DNA of 64,000 nucleotides. Origin: Blepharisma stoltei ATCC 30299. Taxonomy: Eukaryota > Protista > Ciliophora. The notes beneath the pieces were generated by a model that was not told where the DNA came from, made no database searches, and worked only from the letters and a program-made list of their open reading frames with translations. Location of the stretch: NCBI GenBank assembly GCA_965603825.1, contig CBFDEM010000005.1, forward strand, positions 496,001-560,000, written 5' to 3'. A program made the translations under genes and the position numbers. How positions within the stretch are numbered: position 1 is the stretch's first letter; the number at the start of each line of letters is the position of its first letter. This document shows positions 25,286 through 39,792 of this stretch, one piece after another.

Positions 25286-25729
25286 ATGGCTCATCCAGGC
25301 AAACTAATTATACACCCTATGAATGCTAAGTTAACTCGGGACGTTGAAGTAATTGGAACTATGGACCCATACTGCGTAATTTCAGTAGGAAACCAAGAGC
25401 TGACCTCAAATATTTGTATTGAAGGTGGCAAAAATCCTCATTGGGACGATCCTCATACCTTTACAATCAACAATGAAGACACCGTCACAATCAAAGTTAT
25501 GGATAAACGACTTATGAAAAAAGATGACGAAGTAGGATCAGTGACTGTCCCACTATCTAATATTTTTAACACGAGAATGGCTGAGGACTGAATTGAAATA
25601 TTGCATAATGGAGAACTCGCAGGACATCTCAGACTCCATATATCGTTTATACCAAGAGATACAGCAAATGAAAAAGAAATGGAACGTCAAGAACTGCAAG
25701 ACGTAATAAGTGATCCAGTTAATTTATAA
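25286..25729 (+). CDS. C2-domain protein 4
   Basis: NAKLTRDVEVIGTMDPYC..GGKNPHW..MDK..DDEVG..AED(W)IE; TAA at 25727-25729. Confidence 0.88.
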
Positions 25730-25848
25730 GAATATTTATATCTTTAAGAGATTCTCTATTAGTATTTAGTAGCTGAAGGAAGATGATTTCATATATTATA
25801 GGTTTCCTAATAATATAGGATATATCATAAATCTGATCGGATAATAAA

Positions 25849-26352
25849 ATGACTTTTTCAGGAAAACTAAGCTTCTGACCAATAAAAGCAAAGCTAAATA
25901 GAGATGTGGCGATTATAGGGAAAATGAGTCCATTTTGTGCTGTTTCAGTAGGGGATCAAAGGTCTAAAACAAGGATTTCTTTGAAAGGCGGAAGAGAGCC
26001 ACAATGAAATGATAAGCTTGATTTTATAACATTGGGAGAAAATAAAGCAAGGATTGGAGTATATAATAATGGAATACTTTTACCTGAAGAAGAAATTGGA
26101 AGTAGAGAATTATCATTCCAAGGCATTTTTTCTGAGCAATGCATTGAAGAAATTGTCTATATTTATTATAAAGGTGAAATTGCAGGTCAGTTGCTGCTTA
26201 AGCTAGAATTTTGTCCACTTAACGAATTAGTATCTTCAACTTTAAAAGAAAAAACTAGCACTGGACTTGAAGCAAAAGATACCAAAAAACTTGAGAATTC
26301 TCCTCATGATTCAAAATTAATAGATACGCATCAGCAAGGCTTAATTAAATAG
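25849..26352 (+). CDS. C2-domain protein 5 (divergent)
   Basis: ATG at 25849: MTFSGKLSF(W)PIKAKLNRDVAIIGKMSPFC..GGREPQ(W)ND; TAG stop. Confidence 0.8.
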
Positions 26353-27016
26353 CATGATAAGATTGATTTTATTATTTAGGATCAGTAATTATAAAATAAA
26401 TAATTATCTAATACACTTAAATTTTTACTAATTTCAGACGAGAGATGATTTTTATTTTTTAAAGTTCTTCATTCTTATTATCTAATAAGATAAATATTTA
26501 AATGTTCAAGGGCTATTTGATGATGAAAAATACCTATTTTTTATTTGCCTTTATTTATTTCAATAAATAATTAGATATTCTGAATCTTTTAAATTATAAA
26601 AAGAAATATTAAGAGTATAATAAAATCTAATAAATATATTAAAATTCTTTTTAAAACAAAAGAGCCATCATTCTTTTATTATTCGTCACGATTTTTAATC
26701 TCTAAGCTAATGACAAACTGCATAAGCCTTAAATATAATTATAATGGTATTACTGAATAAATTATAATCAAATTAATTAGACATAATGAATAAATTTTTA
26801 AAATCCTAACAAGGCCAAAAGTTATTTTTCAATGCTATTGCAATTTTCCTTTCTGTTCTTTCTTCAACTTAAAGTTTATATGCATATAGCTTAGTTTCAT
26901 TAAAAAATAGTTAGAGAAAGTTAGATATAAATTCTTGTTTCTCAATGGCCAAATTGTGACTCCAAAATTAAGTTTCCACACTTTCATATCTATTTTCTTT
27001 ATTAAACAAAATACCT

Positions 27017-30000
27017 ATGATCAATGACAATAATGAAGACAGCTTACATCTGGAAAAATCTATGGAAATCCGCGCAATCCACTTATTATACAACCAAAAC
27101 ACAGAACATTTATCCCATAGCAATTCTATAATAACAGCCCACTACTCTTCCTGAAACTTTGTGCCAAAAAATATTTTTGAACAATTCCACCAGTTATGAT
27201 ACGTTTGGTTTTTGTTTATTTTGATTCTTGAATTATCTTATTATGGACGCATAGAGAATTCTCTTTTAGTTTTGCTTCCATTTTGCATTTTACTCATATT
27301 AAGGCTCTTGTCAGACGGATACTTCGATATAAGGAGACATAAGTTTGATAATGAGCTGAATAATCGAGAATACAAAATATTAACGATAGATGACACAATA
27401 AATAAGAAAAGTAGAGAAATATCTGTGGGAGATCTAGTGCTACTAAAAAGAAATGATATAGCTCCTGCAGATTTAATAGTGCTCTGTACCAGCAATTATA
27501 AACAAAAATTCCATGTAGATATGACTGATATAACTGGAGAAGCGCAATTTGAAGTTAAAAAACCTGTAAAAGAAACCCGATATGCGTCTAATTCAAATGA
27601 TATTTTTGAGACAGTTAATGAGCTGTCTAAATGCTCAGCAACAATAAAGGTGCCTGAGGATTCTAGCTGTGATTTTTGAGGATCAATTAAACTGAAAACA
27701 AACCCAAAGTCAGTGGAATTGAGGGAAATAAACTATATAAGAAGCGGATCCAAAATTTTAGGGATTGCATGAATTTATGGACTAGTTATATACACAAACG
27801 GCGAGTTAAAGCAGAATCAGCAGTCTTCATACTCCTTATCTTTATTTGAAAAAAGTATCAATAAAGCGATTTTTTATATGATGATTTTGTCATTTTTATT
27901 AGTGTTCTTAAGCAGCATGATCTGCATTTATGGGGTTGGGATATATTTTGGTGATAATTCTCAAGGCTTTACGATTAACGCTATTATTCTTTTCCATGGG
28001 CTTGTGCCTCCTGTTCTCTTGATCTGCATCAAAATAATTCAAATTAGTTTTATCATCAAAGTTTCAAAAAATAATCCCGGAATCCTGTTCAATAGTTTAG
28101 ATTTTTGTGAGGAATTAGGACAAATTGAGTATATTTTAACTGATAAGACAGGAACACTTACTACTAATGATGTACATATATCGATTTTTGTATTAGATGG
28201 AGTTACTTATTTAAGGGACTCTCCCAGTTCTAAAAAAAATAACGATGCGAACAAATCTTTATTAGATATTTCCAATTTCAGTGCGTTTATTGACTTAAAA
28301 GACGAGCTTCAGAGATCAAAAAAAGATGAATTTTCGTTACCTTACTATTTTGTTATGTGCATGGCTATCTGCAATCAATCAAACACAACGGAAGAAATGG
28401 ACTGCAATGTTTTGTCAATAGAAGATGAAGCCATGATAGAAGCAAGTGAGGACTTAGGACTCAGCATAAATTCCAGAGAAAATAAAATAATCAATTTAAG
28501 CTGCTTTGAAACAGAAATTTCTCTAAATGTTATTAACTCGAAAAGCTACTCCGAAAAAACACATAAATCCAGGATGATTGTTAAGGATTCTTTTAAAAAT
28601 GAAATTATTTTGTATGTGAAAGGAACGAAAAATGAAATGTTGAAGTCACTTGTACTGGCTCCAAATCTTAGACACTACTTAGAAAATAACGCTTATGAAA
28701 GCAAGCTGAATGGAAAAAAGCTATTCTATTTAGGATATAAAATTCTAAATGAAGAAGAAGTTGAAGAATTTGACTATAAATACAGAATTGCCAAATTATC
28801 ACCATTAAATAGCGAAGGAAAAATCGAAGATACCTTTCTTAATTTAGAAGCTGATTTAAATTTTTTAGGAATAATTGGACTTGAAGACAAAGTCTATGAA
28901 GATACGAAAGAAACTGTTTCTATTCTCTCTAGCGCTGGAATAAAATTTTGGATGCTAAGTGGAGATTCTGAAGAAAATTCGATTTGCGCAGGCATTTCTG
29001 CTAAATTAATTGATCAAGATGCTAAAATCGTAAAACTTTCAGAAATTACTTCAGAGCTTGACTGCATGCTTGAAATGATTAACCAAATAAAATCAACTTT
29101 TATCAACCTAGACATTTCAGTCAAAGACAAAAGTATCGACATTAACCAAGTCTATCATAACTTAGAAGAAAGCCTAGTAAGTATCTCATCTGATGAAGAC
29201 TCCAAACATAATAGCAGCAATTCCACTGCGAAAAGCGAAATAAAAACCCATCGCTTGCATAGAGTCCCAAGAATTGTGTCCCAACTCGCTAAATCCCAAA
29301 TAAAAATTCCTTCATTCAAGCCTTCTATCCATGAGCTTATAGATTTTACACTCTCTGTAGATAGAAGCGCGTTAAATTTTGCCTTAAGTTCTGAAGAAAA
29401 TCGGAAGTATTTCGCCATTCTATTGGCTGCTGCTAAAAGTGTATGCTTTTACTCTCTTTTACCTGAAGATAAGACAAAAATCGCGAAATTTTTAAGAAAT
29501 AATTTTTCTTACAACCCCACATTTCTTGCTATAGGAGAAGGGAAAAGCGATTTCGGAATGATTCAAGAAGCCCACATAGGGGTTGGGATGGCTAATTCTT
29601 CTATAGCCTATGCAGGGCTTTTATCAATATCTCGATTTTCTCAACTCAAGGAATTGCTGCTATTTCAAGGGCATTGGAATTATATAAGGATGTCCAATAT
29701 GGTGCTTATAACCTTTTACAACAATTTTTTATTGATATTTATAATGTTTTTCCATTGTGTTGTAGGAAGATCATATGGCTATAAGCTATTTGGAGATGAA
29801 ATGATTGCAATTTTCCTTGTAGTCTTTATTTTGCTGCCAAAGTTGGTTGTTGGGATTTTTGATGAGGACTTAGATAGAGAACAATTGACGAAATATCCTC
29901 AAGTTTATAGTATTTATATGAAAAATACGCTACTATCATTATGGCAAATTTTATATCTCCTTATTATTTCCTTTATTCAAGCAGGGATCATCTATATCCC

Positions 30001-33000
30001 TATTTTATATTTTACTATCATTGATGAAAATGGTACAACAATCAGCTTAGCAATGATTGAATGGCTAATTTATTTTTCAATCACAGGGGCATCTTTATTA
30101 TTTATCCTTAATGAAACTCAAACTTATAATCGATGAACAATCAGTTCTCACTTGATTTCTATTGGATCCTTAATACTCTATTCTACTCTAACCTCTTATT
30201 TCAGCAATAATGATATCTCAGGAGCTCTAGAAATGGCTAAAAGTTCTTACTTGTTTTTCCTCTATATTTTACTGACCTTAAGTTTATGCTTTTTGGTTAT
30301 TTACACATGAAAGATCAGCGTAGTTTTATTTCTTCCAACTCTAGTAGATTTTATCAAAGCTATGAAAGATTTTCAGTTATCTGTAAAAGTTAGATCGAAA
30401 TTTGAAATTTTCCAGAAAAATTTAGAAGCGATTTATAAAAAAACAAAAAGCATTAGCATGTTAAGCGATTCTTTTGATTTAAATAAGCTTACTATGAAAT
30501 TCATATCAGAAATGAGAGAAGCACAATATGTGGATGAAAATAGAGGAAGCCATACAAAAAATTATAAGCTTTTAATACTCCTGCTGGATACTTTAATAGT
30601 GATCTTTTTAATTGATTCTTATTTTGAAGTGAGCGATAAGCATAGCTATTTGACTTTTATGCTCATAAATATTTCAGTCTATGTTTTTCTGACAATTATT
30701 ACTTTTACAAGATATTTTCATAGTCATCAAAAAATTATAATTATTTCGCTGCCCGTTTATTGCATGGCGTTATTAGCACTAGCAGGATTTATTTATAATG
30801 TGACTGATAATATAGTGTTTTTTAGCTGACCACCGCTCTTTATTATCGGCACCAGCATTTTTTGAATTGAAATGGTTTCCATTTCTGCTTTAGTGACTCC
30901 TGTATATATCACCTTAGAAATATTTTATTTGGCAAAAAATGTCCCTTATCATAAAGGCTTGATTTTATCTCTGCAGTTTTCTGTACTCTTCATATCATTG
31001 ACACTTTTTGCTGCTTTCATAGCATACTTTTCAGAAAGATCAAACAGAAGGCGATATATGCTGATGAAAAAGGTCGAAATTGAAGTTGAGAAATCCCAGC
31101 ATGTTCTAAATGTCGTCTTGCCTGCATTCGTGAGAAAAAGAGTGAGAGATGGATGCCGGTATATTGCAGAAGACCAAGGCATGGTAACTGTGATATTTTG
31201 TGAAGTTTGCGATTTTGAAGAAATAATTTCTACGTATCCAATAACTGAAATCTCATATTTTATAGATGACATTTATAAAAAATTTGACGTTGTATGTGAA
31301 TCGACTGGAGTCACAAAGATCGAAACCGTTGGTAAAGTTTATATGGCTTGTGCAGGATTGAATGACAGTGAACAAGAAATTTGTGCATCAATGAGAGCAA
31401 TCTCTCATACAAGGAGGGCAATAGAAATGGGCTTAGGAGTTATAAGTGCTGCTAAAAAAATAAGATTACGTAAAGGAAAAGGTTTACAAGTCAAAGTTGG
31501 CATCCACACAGGAACTGTTGTAGCTGGTGTAGTTGGATTTCATAAACCTCAATTTTCACTTGTTGGGGACACTGTAAATACTGCAAGTCGAATGGCATCC
31601 ACTATCCTAAAGCCAGACAAAATCCAAATTTCTGAAGAAACTTACCGCTATCTTACAGACAAAAGCAGCTTGAAATTCAAAACCCAGACAATCCAGGTCA
31701 AAGGAAAAGGCTTCATGAAAACCCACTATGTAAAGCCCAGCGCATTTGAAGAAGTCATAATTAACCACCATCCTCCTAATTATCATTTTTCAATGCCAGA
31801 ATTAGGAGGAAAAAATTCACCTAAAAAAACTAATGAAGCTCCTCACACTGGGATATCAGCTATGAAAAGACAGTCAGTGGTATTTTCTGAGCTGGACTTA
31901 GAAGACCCTACAGAGCTCTTTGAGAGAAAAGAATCAAGCGTTATTGAGCCAGTAAGGCTACTATCATGAAGGTTTTTTGAAAATGAAAAAGAAAAAGCAC
32001 TTAGAATGCAGATGACAGAGAGTAGCTATCCAATCTTGGCAGGAGGAATCTTGATTATTGTTGTGTGCAATGCATTATTGGCATTGTTTAGTTTATTTTA
32101 TGCAATATTTGATATAGATGAAGAAGATTTCTATCTTGATACTATTTTTTATTTAGTTCAGTGTCTTACTTTCTCTGGAATATTAGTTTTTCTAAAAAGA
32201 AATTATAAAAAATACCTATTTGCATGGCTTTTACAGCTTTTTTATTTAATAGCTATTGTATGGAATGTACTTTTAAATATTAGGTCAAAAAATATTTATG
32301 ATGAAATTGTTTGTGAAGCGTATGCCCTTTTTATGATTCTCGCTATGAATCAATGCTCCTGCAGCTTTTTTAAGAACACTTTTCTTGCAACAATCCTAGT
32401 ATCAATTCTTCACATAATCACTTTAATTGTAATTGACTACAATTACCTCCGCCACCACATCCCATTTACAGTATTTTTCGTAGCTGTTTCACTGTGTACA
32501 TCTTACCATAGAGAAGACGATTTACGGACCTCTTTCGCATTAGAACAATATGCCAGTAAAGAGCTGAAGAAGACTGAAAACCTGCTTACACAGATGATGC
32601 CACCTCACGTGTATCGCAATTTAAAAGAAGAAGTGGCTAATACTGACACCATAATGGACGTCACTATTTTATATGCAGATATTGCTGGGTTTACGGCTTG
32701 GTCTTCTGATCATAATGCTAGTGAGGTAATTGGCATGCTTTCTGAGGTTTATACAAGATTTGACAAAAAATGTGTAGAAAATAATGTATATAAGGTCCAT
32801 ACAATTGGAGATTGTTATGTAGCAATAGGATTTGTGGGGAATGATAATAGAGATTCTGAAAGAGAATGCTTAAATATAATAAAATTTGCACAATCATTAA
32901 ATACGATTATTGATGATGTGAACAAAGAATTATTTTTAAATTTATCAATGAGGATTGGAGTCCACACGGGAAATATTATTGGAGGGATTGCTGGGACTAA

Positions 33001-33205
33001 TATAGTTAGATATGATATATATGGAGATGATGTAGTTATCGCGAATAAAATGGAAAGTTATGGAGTTCCTGGTTGGATAAACGTTAGTGAAACAACAAAA
33101 AATTTAATAGAAAGCTATAAGCCAGGGATGTTTAAGTTTGAACCTCGTGAAGAGGTCGAAATTGATGCAATAAAACGATCAGTTAAGCCGTTTCTTATAG
33201 TTTAG
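27017..33205 (+). CDS. Alveolate-type bifunctional P4-ATPase-like / guanylyl cyclase, paralog A (about 2060 aa)
   Basis: Single frame with 9 TGA=Trp codons. NFVPKNIFEQF, EELGQIEYILTDKTGTLT; two TM blocks; cyclase domains KIETVG..GDTVNTASRM and YADIAGFT..KVHTIGDCY. Confidence 0.93.
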
Positions 33206-33484
33206 AGTTTGGGAATTTTTACTTTAAATATTGGAGAAATCAATGTAAATTTATATCGATAAATTTTTAAGAGTATTTTAAAATAAATGGTATGAAATTA
33301 GTATTGATCCTTAGAAAATCTAACCTTGATGGATTAATGACTTATAGAAAATTCAAAAGTCTCTCAGTTTTAAAACTTTTTACTGCATAATTTTATCATA
33401 TGAGTCAGAACAGTTTCATTTTAATTTTATTAAATATAAACTGTGCGTCAGCTTTAATTAAAAATCTTAAATGATATTATAAAT

Positions 33485-36400
33485 ATGCCTAACCCAAACA
33501 GCAATACAAGGGATAAGCCAAAAGAATTTAGAACAATCCACTTGCTAAATTGCAATTTTTCTACACATTGATCGCGCAATAATGAAATAACAACTGCTCG
33601 CTATAATTTTTGAAATTTCATACCGAAAAATGTTTTTGAGCAATTTCATCAACTTTGGTACTCATGGTTTTTGGTTGTAATGATTATTGACCTATCTTAT
33701 TCGCATTCTTTAGAAAGCTCTCTCACAGATGTACTTCCATTTTGCATAATCCTTCTAATCCGAATTATTGCAGATGGAATTCATGACTTAAGAAGACACA
33801 AATTCGACAATGAAATAAACAACAGAGAATATCAAGTATTGACAAATGACGGTGATATAATTAAACTAAACAAGCATATATGTGTGGGCGATGTTATAAT
33901 TCTGCACAAGGACCAAAAAGCTCCGGCTGATATGATTGCCATATGTACATGGGAAAACAAAACAAAATTCTATGTAGACGTCACTGATATAATAGGCGAA
34001 GTCCAATATGATATCAAAAAGCCTGTAAAAGAAACAAAAATCGTGATAAAATCCCAGGATTTGAATGAAAATATTACGGAATTAAATAAATTGAACGTTG
34101 TAATTAAAGTTCCGGAAAGTCCAAGCTTTAAATTTTGGGGCTCAATAAGACTGAAAACTAGCCCCAAGCCGAATTCACTTAATGAAATTAATTATATTAA
34201 AAGTGGCTCAAAATTGTTGGAGATAGACTGGATTATTGGAGTTGTAGTGTACACAAATAGAGAAATTAAAAAATTCAAAAGAAGATATGCGCATTTATCT
34301 CTTTTAGAAAAAAAAATCAACAAGATTGTCTTCTATATCTTGATTCTTACGATTTTACTTACATTTATAGCAGTGATGGTAAATATTTTTGATTTTGGCT
34401 TGAAGTATAGTGATAATACTTGAAGCTTGCTAATGAACACAATCTTATTATTTCGTAGGCTAACTCCTCCATCCTTGCTGATCTCTATGAAACTTATCCA
34501 ATTTTTCTTCACACATGGCGTCTCTAAGAACAATCCAGGAATTAAATTTAACTCATTAAAAGTCAGTGAAGAATTAGGCCAGGTTGAGTATATTCTTACA
34601 GATAAAACAGGCACATTAACCTCAAATGAAGTCGAGCTTCCAATATGTATTATGGATGGGGAAACTTATATTAGGGATAAACCAATGCTTGATACCGAGC
34701 CTACTCCTCACTTAGAGACTGAAAGAGAAATGATGGCTGATACATATAATTACAAAAGTTTTTTCGACCTTAGAAGTGAGCTCTTATCATATAAAGATGA
34801 ATACCCACTTGCTTATTATTTTGTTATGTGTATGGGCGTCTGCCACCAATCGTGAACAACTGGGCAGATGTGCTGCAATACCTGATCAATGGAAGATAAA
34901 ACTATGATTGACACAAGTAGCAGCTTAGGATTAGAAATAATTGGAGCAACAAAAGAAAAAGCGACTTTAACGCTTTTTAACCAAGAAATTATGCTTGATA
35001 TCATTACCTTAAAAGGATACTCCGAAAAAATGCAAAAATCTAGGATTATTGTGAAAGATAACTTTAAAGGTGAAACCATCTTGTATGTCAAAGGCACAAA
35101 AGCAGAAATGCTACGATCGTTTAATGTGTCAGCTAAATTTAAACATTATATAGAGAGCAATGGGTATGAGTCTCAGCTATCTGGGAAAAAGACAGTTTTT
35201 CTTGGATATCGAATATTAAGTGATCCTGAGCTTGAAGAGTTTAAATATGAATACAACATAGCTAAAATTTCTCCAGTCAATAGTGAGGGGAAAATTGAAG
35301 ATATATTTTTCAATTTAGAAAATGGGCTAATTTTCTTAGGAATCTTAGGTCTTGAAGACAAAGTTCTTGAAGAAACAAAAGAAACAGTTACAGCGCTCAC
35401 AAATGCAGGAATAAAAATTTGGATGGTCAGTGGCGATAGTGAGGACAATTCTTTTTGTGCAGGAGTTGCTGCAAAGATTTTTGACCCTGATTCAAAAATA
35501 GTCCGATTATCTGATTTCTCTACAGAATTAGACTGCAAATTAGAAATGATCACCCAAATCAGGAAAAACTTTTTGACTTCCCAAACAGAAGAGCATATGC
35601 ACTTGAAGACTGATCATTGCCAAGTTTCTCCTGAAGATAGTTTTGCAAGTCTATCATATGATAAATATGATAAACTGAACTCTAAAAGAAGCACCCACCT
35701 AACTCAGATGTCAACACTTCCAAGTGAAAGGAAGCATCGAGTGCCGATTGTAGCTCAAATCGCCCCAGAAAACCTAGAAACCCCTATTTTTAGTCTCCCT
35801 ATATATGACATTACAAATTTTACACTGTGCATAGATAGAAGTGGATTAGAATTTGGCTTAAGATCTGAAGAAAACAGAAAATATTTTGCGGCTTTATTGT
35901 GTGCAGCACAAAGTGTGTGTTTTTACTCGTTTTTACCAAGTGACAAAGCAAAAATCGCAAAATTTTTGAGGCTGAATTTTTCTTATAACCCGATTTTTTT
36001 GGCAATTGGGGACAGCCAATGTGACGTTGGAATGATACAAAAAGCACACGTTGGAGTGGGGATAAAAGGAACAAGAACCGCATATTCTGGGCATATATCG
36101 ATAGAAAATTTTGCCCTTCTAAAAGAATTACTGCTTTGCCATGGCCATTGGTTTTATATTCGAGCAGCAAAAATGGTGCTGATGATGTATTTCACAAATT
36201 TCCTGCTTGCTTGGGTTATGTTTTGGTATACAGTAACTGGGCATTCATCCTCCTATTTGCTTTTTGGAGAAGGCCTAATAGGCTGCTATCTTTTCGTGTT
36301 TACCTTAATTCCAAAAATTGCAGTAGGCATGTGGGACAAGGACTTAAATAAAGAGCAAATTTTTAAATATCCACAAGTATATTCCACCCTTCTCCAGAAT

Positions 36401-39400
36401 ACTTTGCTTTCCAGATGGCAGTTTTTATCTATTTTTGGCCTATCATTGATCAATTCTCTGGTTATTTTTCTACCAATTTATACAGTGGAAATAGTTAATG
36501 GTGATGGATTTACATTAAGTCTTTATGGTTTAGAATGGACAATATACATAGCAATGACTTCTACAACACTGGTGACAACTTTAATTGAAGCTTCTTCTTT
36601 CACCATATGAACCTTTATATCTCAATTCTTATCTATTGGATTTTTAGCTTTTGTGGTTAATCTATCTTCAATTAATGAAAACGATAGCAGATATGGGACA
36701 ATAGATGAGCTTAATGAGTCAGTGCTCCTTACTTTGTATATTATTATGGGACAGCTTGGAATTTCTGCCATTTCGTATGGGATCAAAGCTTGGTCAATGT
36801 TATTTCTCCCAAGCCTTGCTGATTATGTAAACGCAACCGAAAGCAATTTGATAGTAAAAGTAAAATCGAAAATTGAAACCTTCCAGAACAACCTTCAAGC
36901 GATCTATAAAAAAACAAAAAATTCCCGAGAAAACAGGTCAAGCTTTGGCATCAACGGAATTACTTTAAAATTTACTTCTATGAGCAGAGAAGCTCAGTAT
37001 ATGGATGAAATCAAGGCAAACAACATAAAAGCTTACCGACTTATGATTGCATCTTTATATCTGCTACTTATTGATTTTCTGATTGATTCTTATTTTGAGG
37101 TGGATAATCCTCAAGACTATCTTCCATTTATGGTAAGCTCTGTAATTATCTATTTTATCTTAATAATAGTACTTTTTACTGAATATTTCCAGATTTATTT
37201 AAAATCCATTATTGTTTTTACAAGGCTTTTTAACATTATCACTATAATTATTGCAAAAGCTGTATACGGCGCTTTTGATCCTATAATATTTACCAACTGA
37301 GCTCCTTTATTTCTTATTGGGATCAGTTTTTTATGGATCGAGATGGTATCTTCGACTATTCTTTCATCAATAATCATAACAATTCTTGTTTCCTATGAGT
37401 TTTTCGACAAATTAGATTATTCTGATGCTGTGGTTTGCTGCTTGGAATTTATCATTTTATATATTTCCCTTATTATAGTATCTTCCTTAATAGGCCACTC
37501 AATCGAGAACTGGAACAGAAAACGCTATGTTTTGCTGAAAAAGGTAGAAATTGAGGTCGATAAATCATTGCAGGTTCTCAACGTGGTTTTGCCAGCTTTT
37601 GTAAGAAAAAGGGTGAAGGATGGCTGCAGGTATATCGCTGAAGATCAAGGGGTTGTGACAGTTTTGTTCTGTGAGATTTGTGATTTCGAACAGATTGTTT
37701 CTGACTACCCACATACAGAACTATCGTATTTTATTGATGATATTTTTAAAAAATTTGATGCTGTATGTGAGTCGACAGGAATGACTAAAATTGAGACAGT
37801 TGGAAAAGTTTATATGGCCTGTGGAGGGTTAAATGACAGCGAGTTAGAAATTTCACCTGTATTTCGAGAAGTTTCACATTCAAGAAGAGCAATTGAAATG
37901 GGACTAGGTCTTATTAGCGCTGCCAAAAAGGTCAGACTAAGGAAAGAAAAGCAGCTGCAAGTTAAGATAGGAATCCACACAGGGCCTGTAGTCGCTGGTG
38001 TCGTAGGGTTTCATAAACCTCAATTTTCTCTAGTAGGCGATACAGTAAATACCGCAAGCAGAATGGCCTCAACAATAACTGTACCTGACACAGTACAAAT
38101 TTCAAAAGCTACATATAAGCACCTAGACGAACGAAATGGCCTACAATTCAGCAAGCAAACTGTAAAAGCCAAAGGCAAAGGAGATATGAAAACTTTTCAT
38201 GTAAAGCTTGGAGAAGCAGTTAGTTCTAGACCAAGAAGCCGGGCTAGGAATAACTTGACAATTCCAGTTAAAAAGCTTAGCAATGCAGGGTCAAGTGCAT
38301 GCATCATTAAAAGGAGCTCTAGCGATTTCAAATGCTTTACTCCAATGAGTGCAGCCAGAAAGCAGTCATCAGTGATGCCTGAATTTATCGAAGCAATGGA
38401 TGCAACAGATCTTTTTGTTAGGACTGAAACCAAAGTTATCGAACCTATAAAAATATTTAGCACTATGTTCTATGAAGATGAGAAAGAAAAAGAAATTCGG
38501 GAGCATATGATTGAAAGCAACCATTCTATTTTATTTTATGGGCTACTTTGCTTTGTTATATGCAATGCATTTATGGCTATCATTGAAATCATCCATTCAG
38601 CTTGGCTTGGAGATGCTGGGATGAGAGCTCATCTTGACCTTGCTTTTTATCTCATTGAAGCTCTTGTATATGGCACTCTGCTAGCTTTTTTATATAAATT
38701 CCATAATAGCAAGATATATGCATGGACTCTTGAGATTTGCTATATTCTTTCATTAATCTGAAGTATAGTTACAAATATTGCTTTAAATGACCCTTCTTCA
38801 GAAATCATTAAAGAAATCTATATCCTTTTCATGATTTTAATTTCAAGCCAATGCTCCTTTATGTTCTTCAAAAGCACCTTCCTTTTTTCCATCGTTTTAT
38901 CGCTGCTCTATGTTATTTCTCTTATAGCAATTGACGTGAATTATCTTAGGCATCATGTATTATTTTCCGTGTCATTTGTGACGGTTATTATATGCACAAC
39001 TTATTCTAGAGAAAAAGATTTAAGGATTTTTTATACATTGGAAGATTATGCGAATAATGAGCTCAGAAAGACAGAAGATTTGTTGACGCAGATGATGCCT
39101 CCTCACGTATATCATAATTTAAAAGAAGAAGTCGCTAATACTGATACTTTTACTGATGTAACTATTTTGTACGCGGATATTGTAGGATTTACTGCATGAT
39201 CTTCTAACCATAACGCTTCTGAAGTGGTTGGAATGCTTTCAGAAATGTACACCAGGTTCGATAAAAAATGCGTTGAAAATAACGTCTACAAAGTTCATAC
39301 AATCGGAGATTGCTACGTCGCAATTGGGCTTATGGGAAACGATAATCGAGATCCAGCAAATGAATGCTTGAATATGATAAATTTCGCACAGTCTTTACAA

Positions 39401-39709
39401 GAAATCATAGGAATCGTCAATGAGGAACTGTTTTTAACGCTTGGGATGAGAATAGGGATGCATACTGGGAAAATTATTGGGGGGATTGCAGGAACAAATA
39501 TCGTTAGATATGATATTTATGGAGATGATGTGCTGGTTGCTAATAAAATGGAAAGCAATGGAGTAGCTGGATCAATAAACATCAGCGAAGTAACTAAGGA
39601 AATTATAGAGAACTATAAGCCAGGGATGTTTAATTTTACCTTTAATAAAGAAGTTGAAGTAGACACAATCAAAAGAACTGTTAAATCATATTTTATCAAC
39701 CTAAAGTAA
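33485..39709 (+). CDS. Alveolate-type bifunctional P4-ATPase-like / guanylyl cyclase, paralog B (about 2070 aa)
   Basis: Collinear tandem paralog of A; all pieces in one frame joined by TGA; same DKTGTLT and twin cyclase motifs. Confidence 0.93.
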
Positions 39710-39792
39710 AAAAATGTAAACTTTACCATATAATTAATAATTTTCTAGGCGATAATCTCAGAAAAACAAATTTGAAATATTAAATTACAAAT

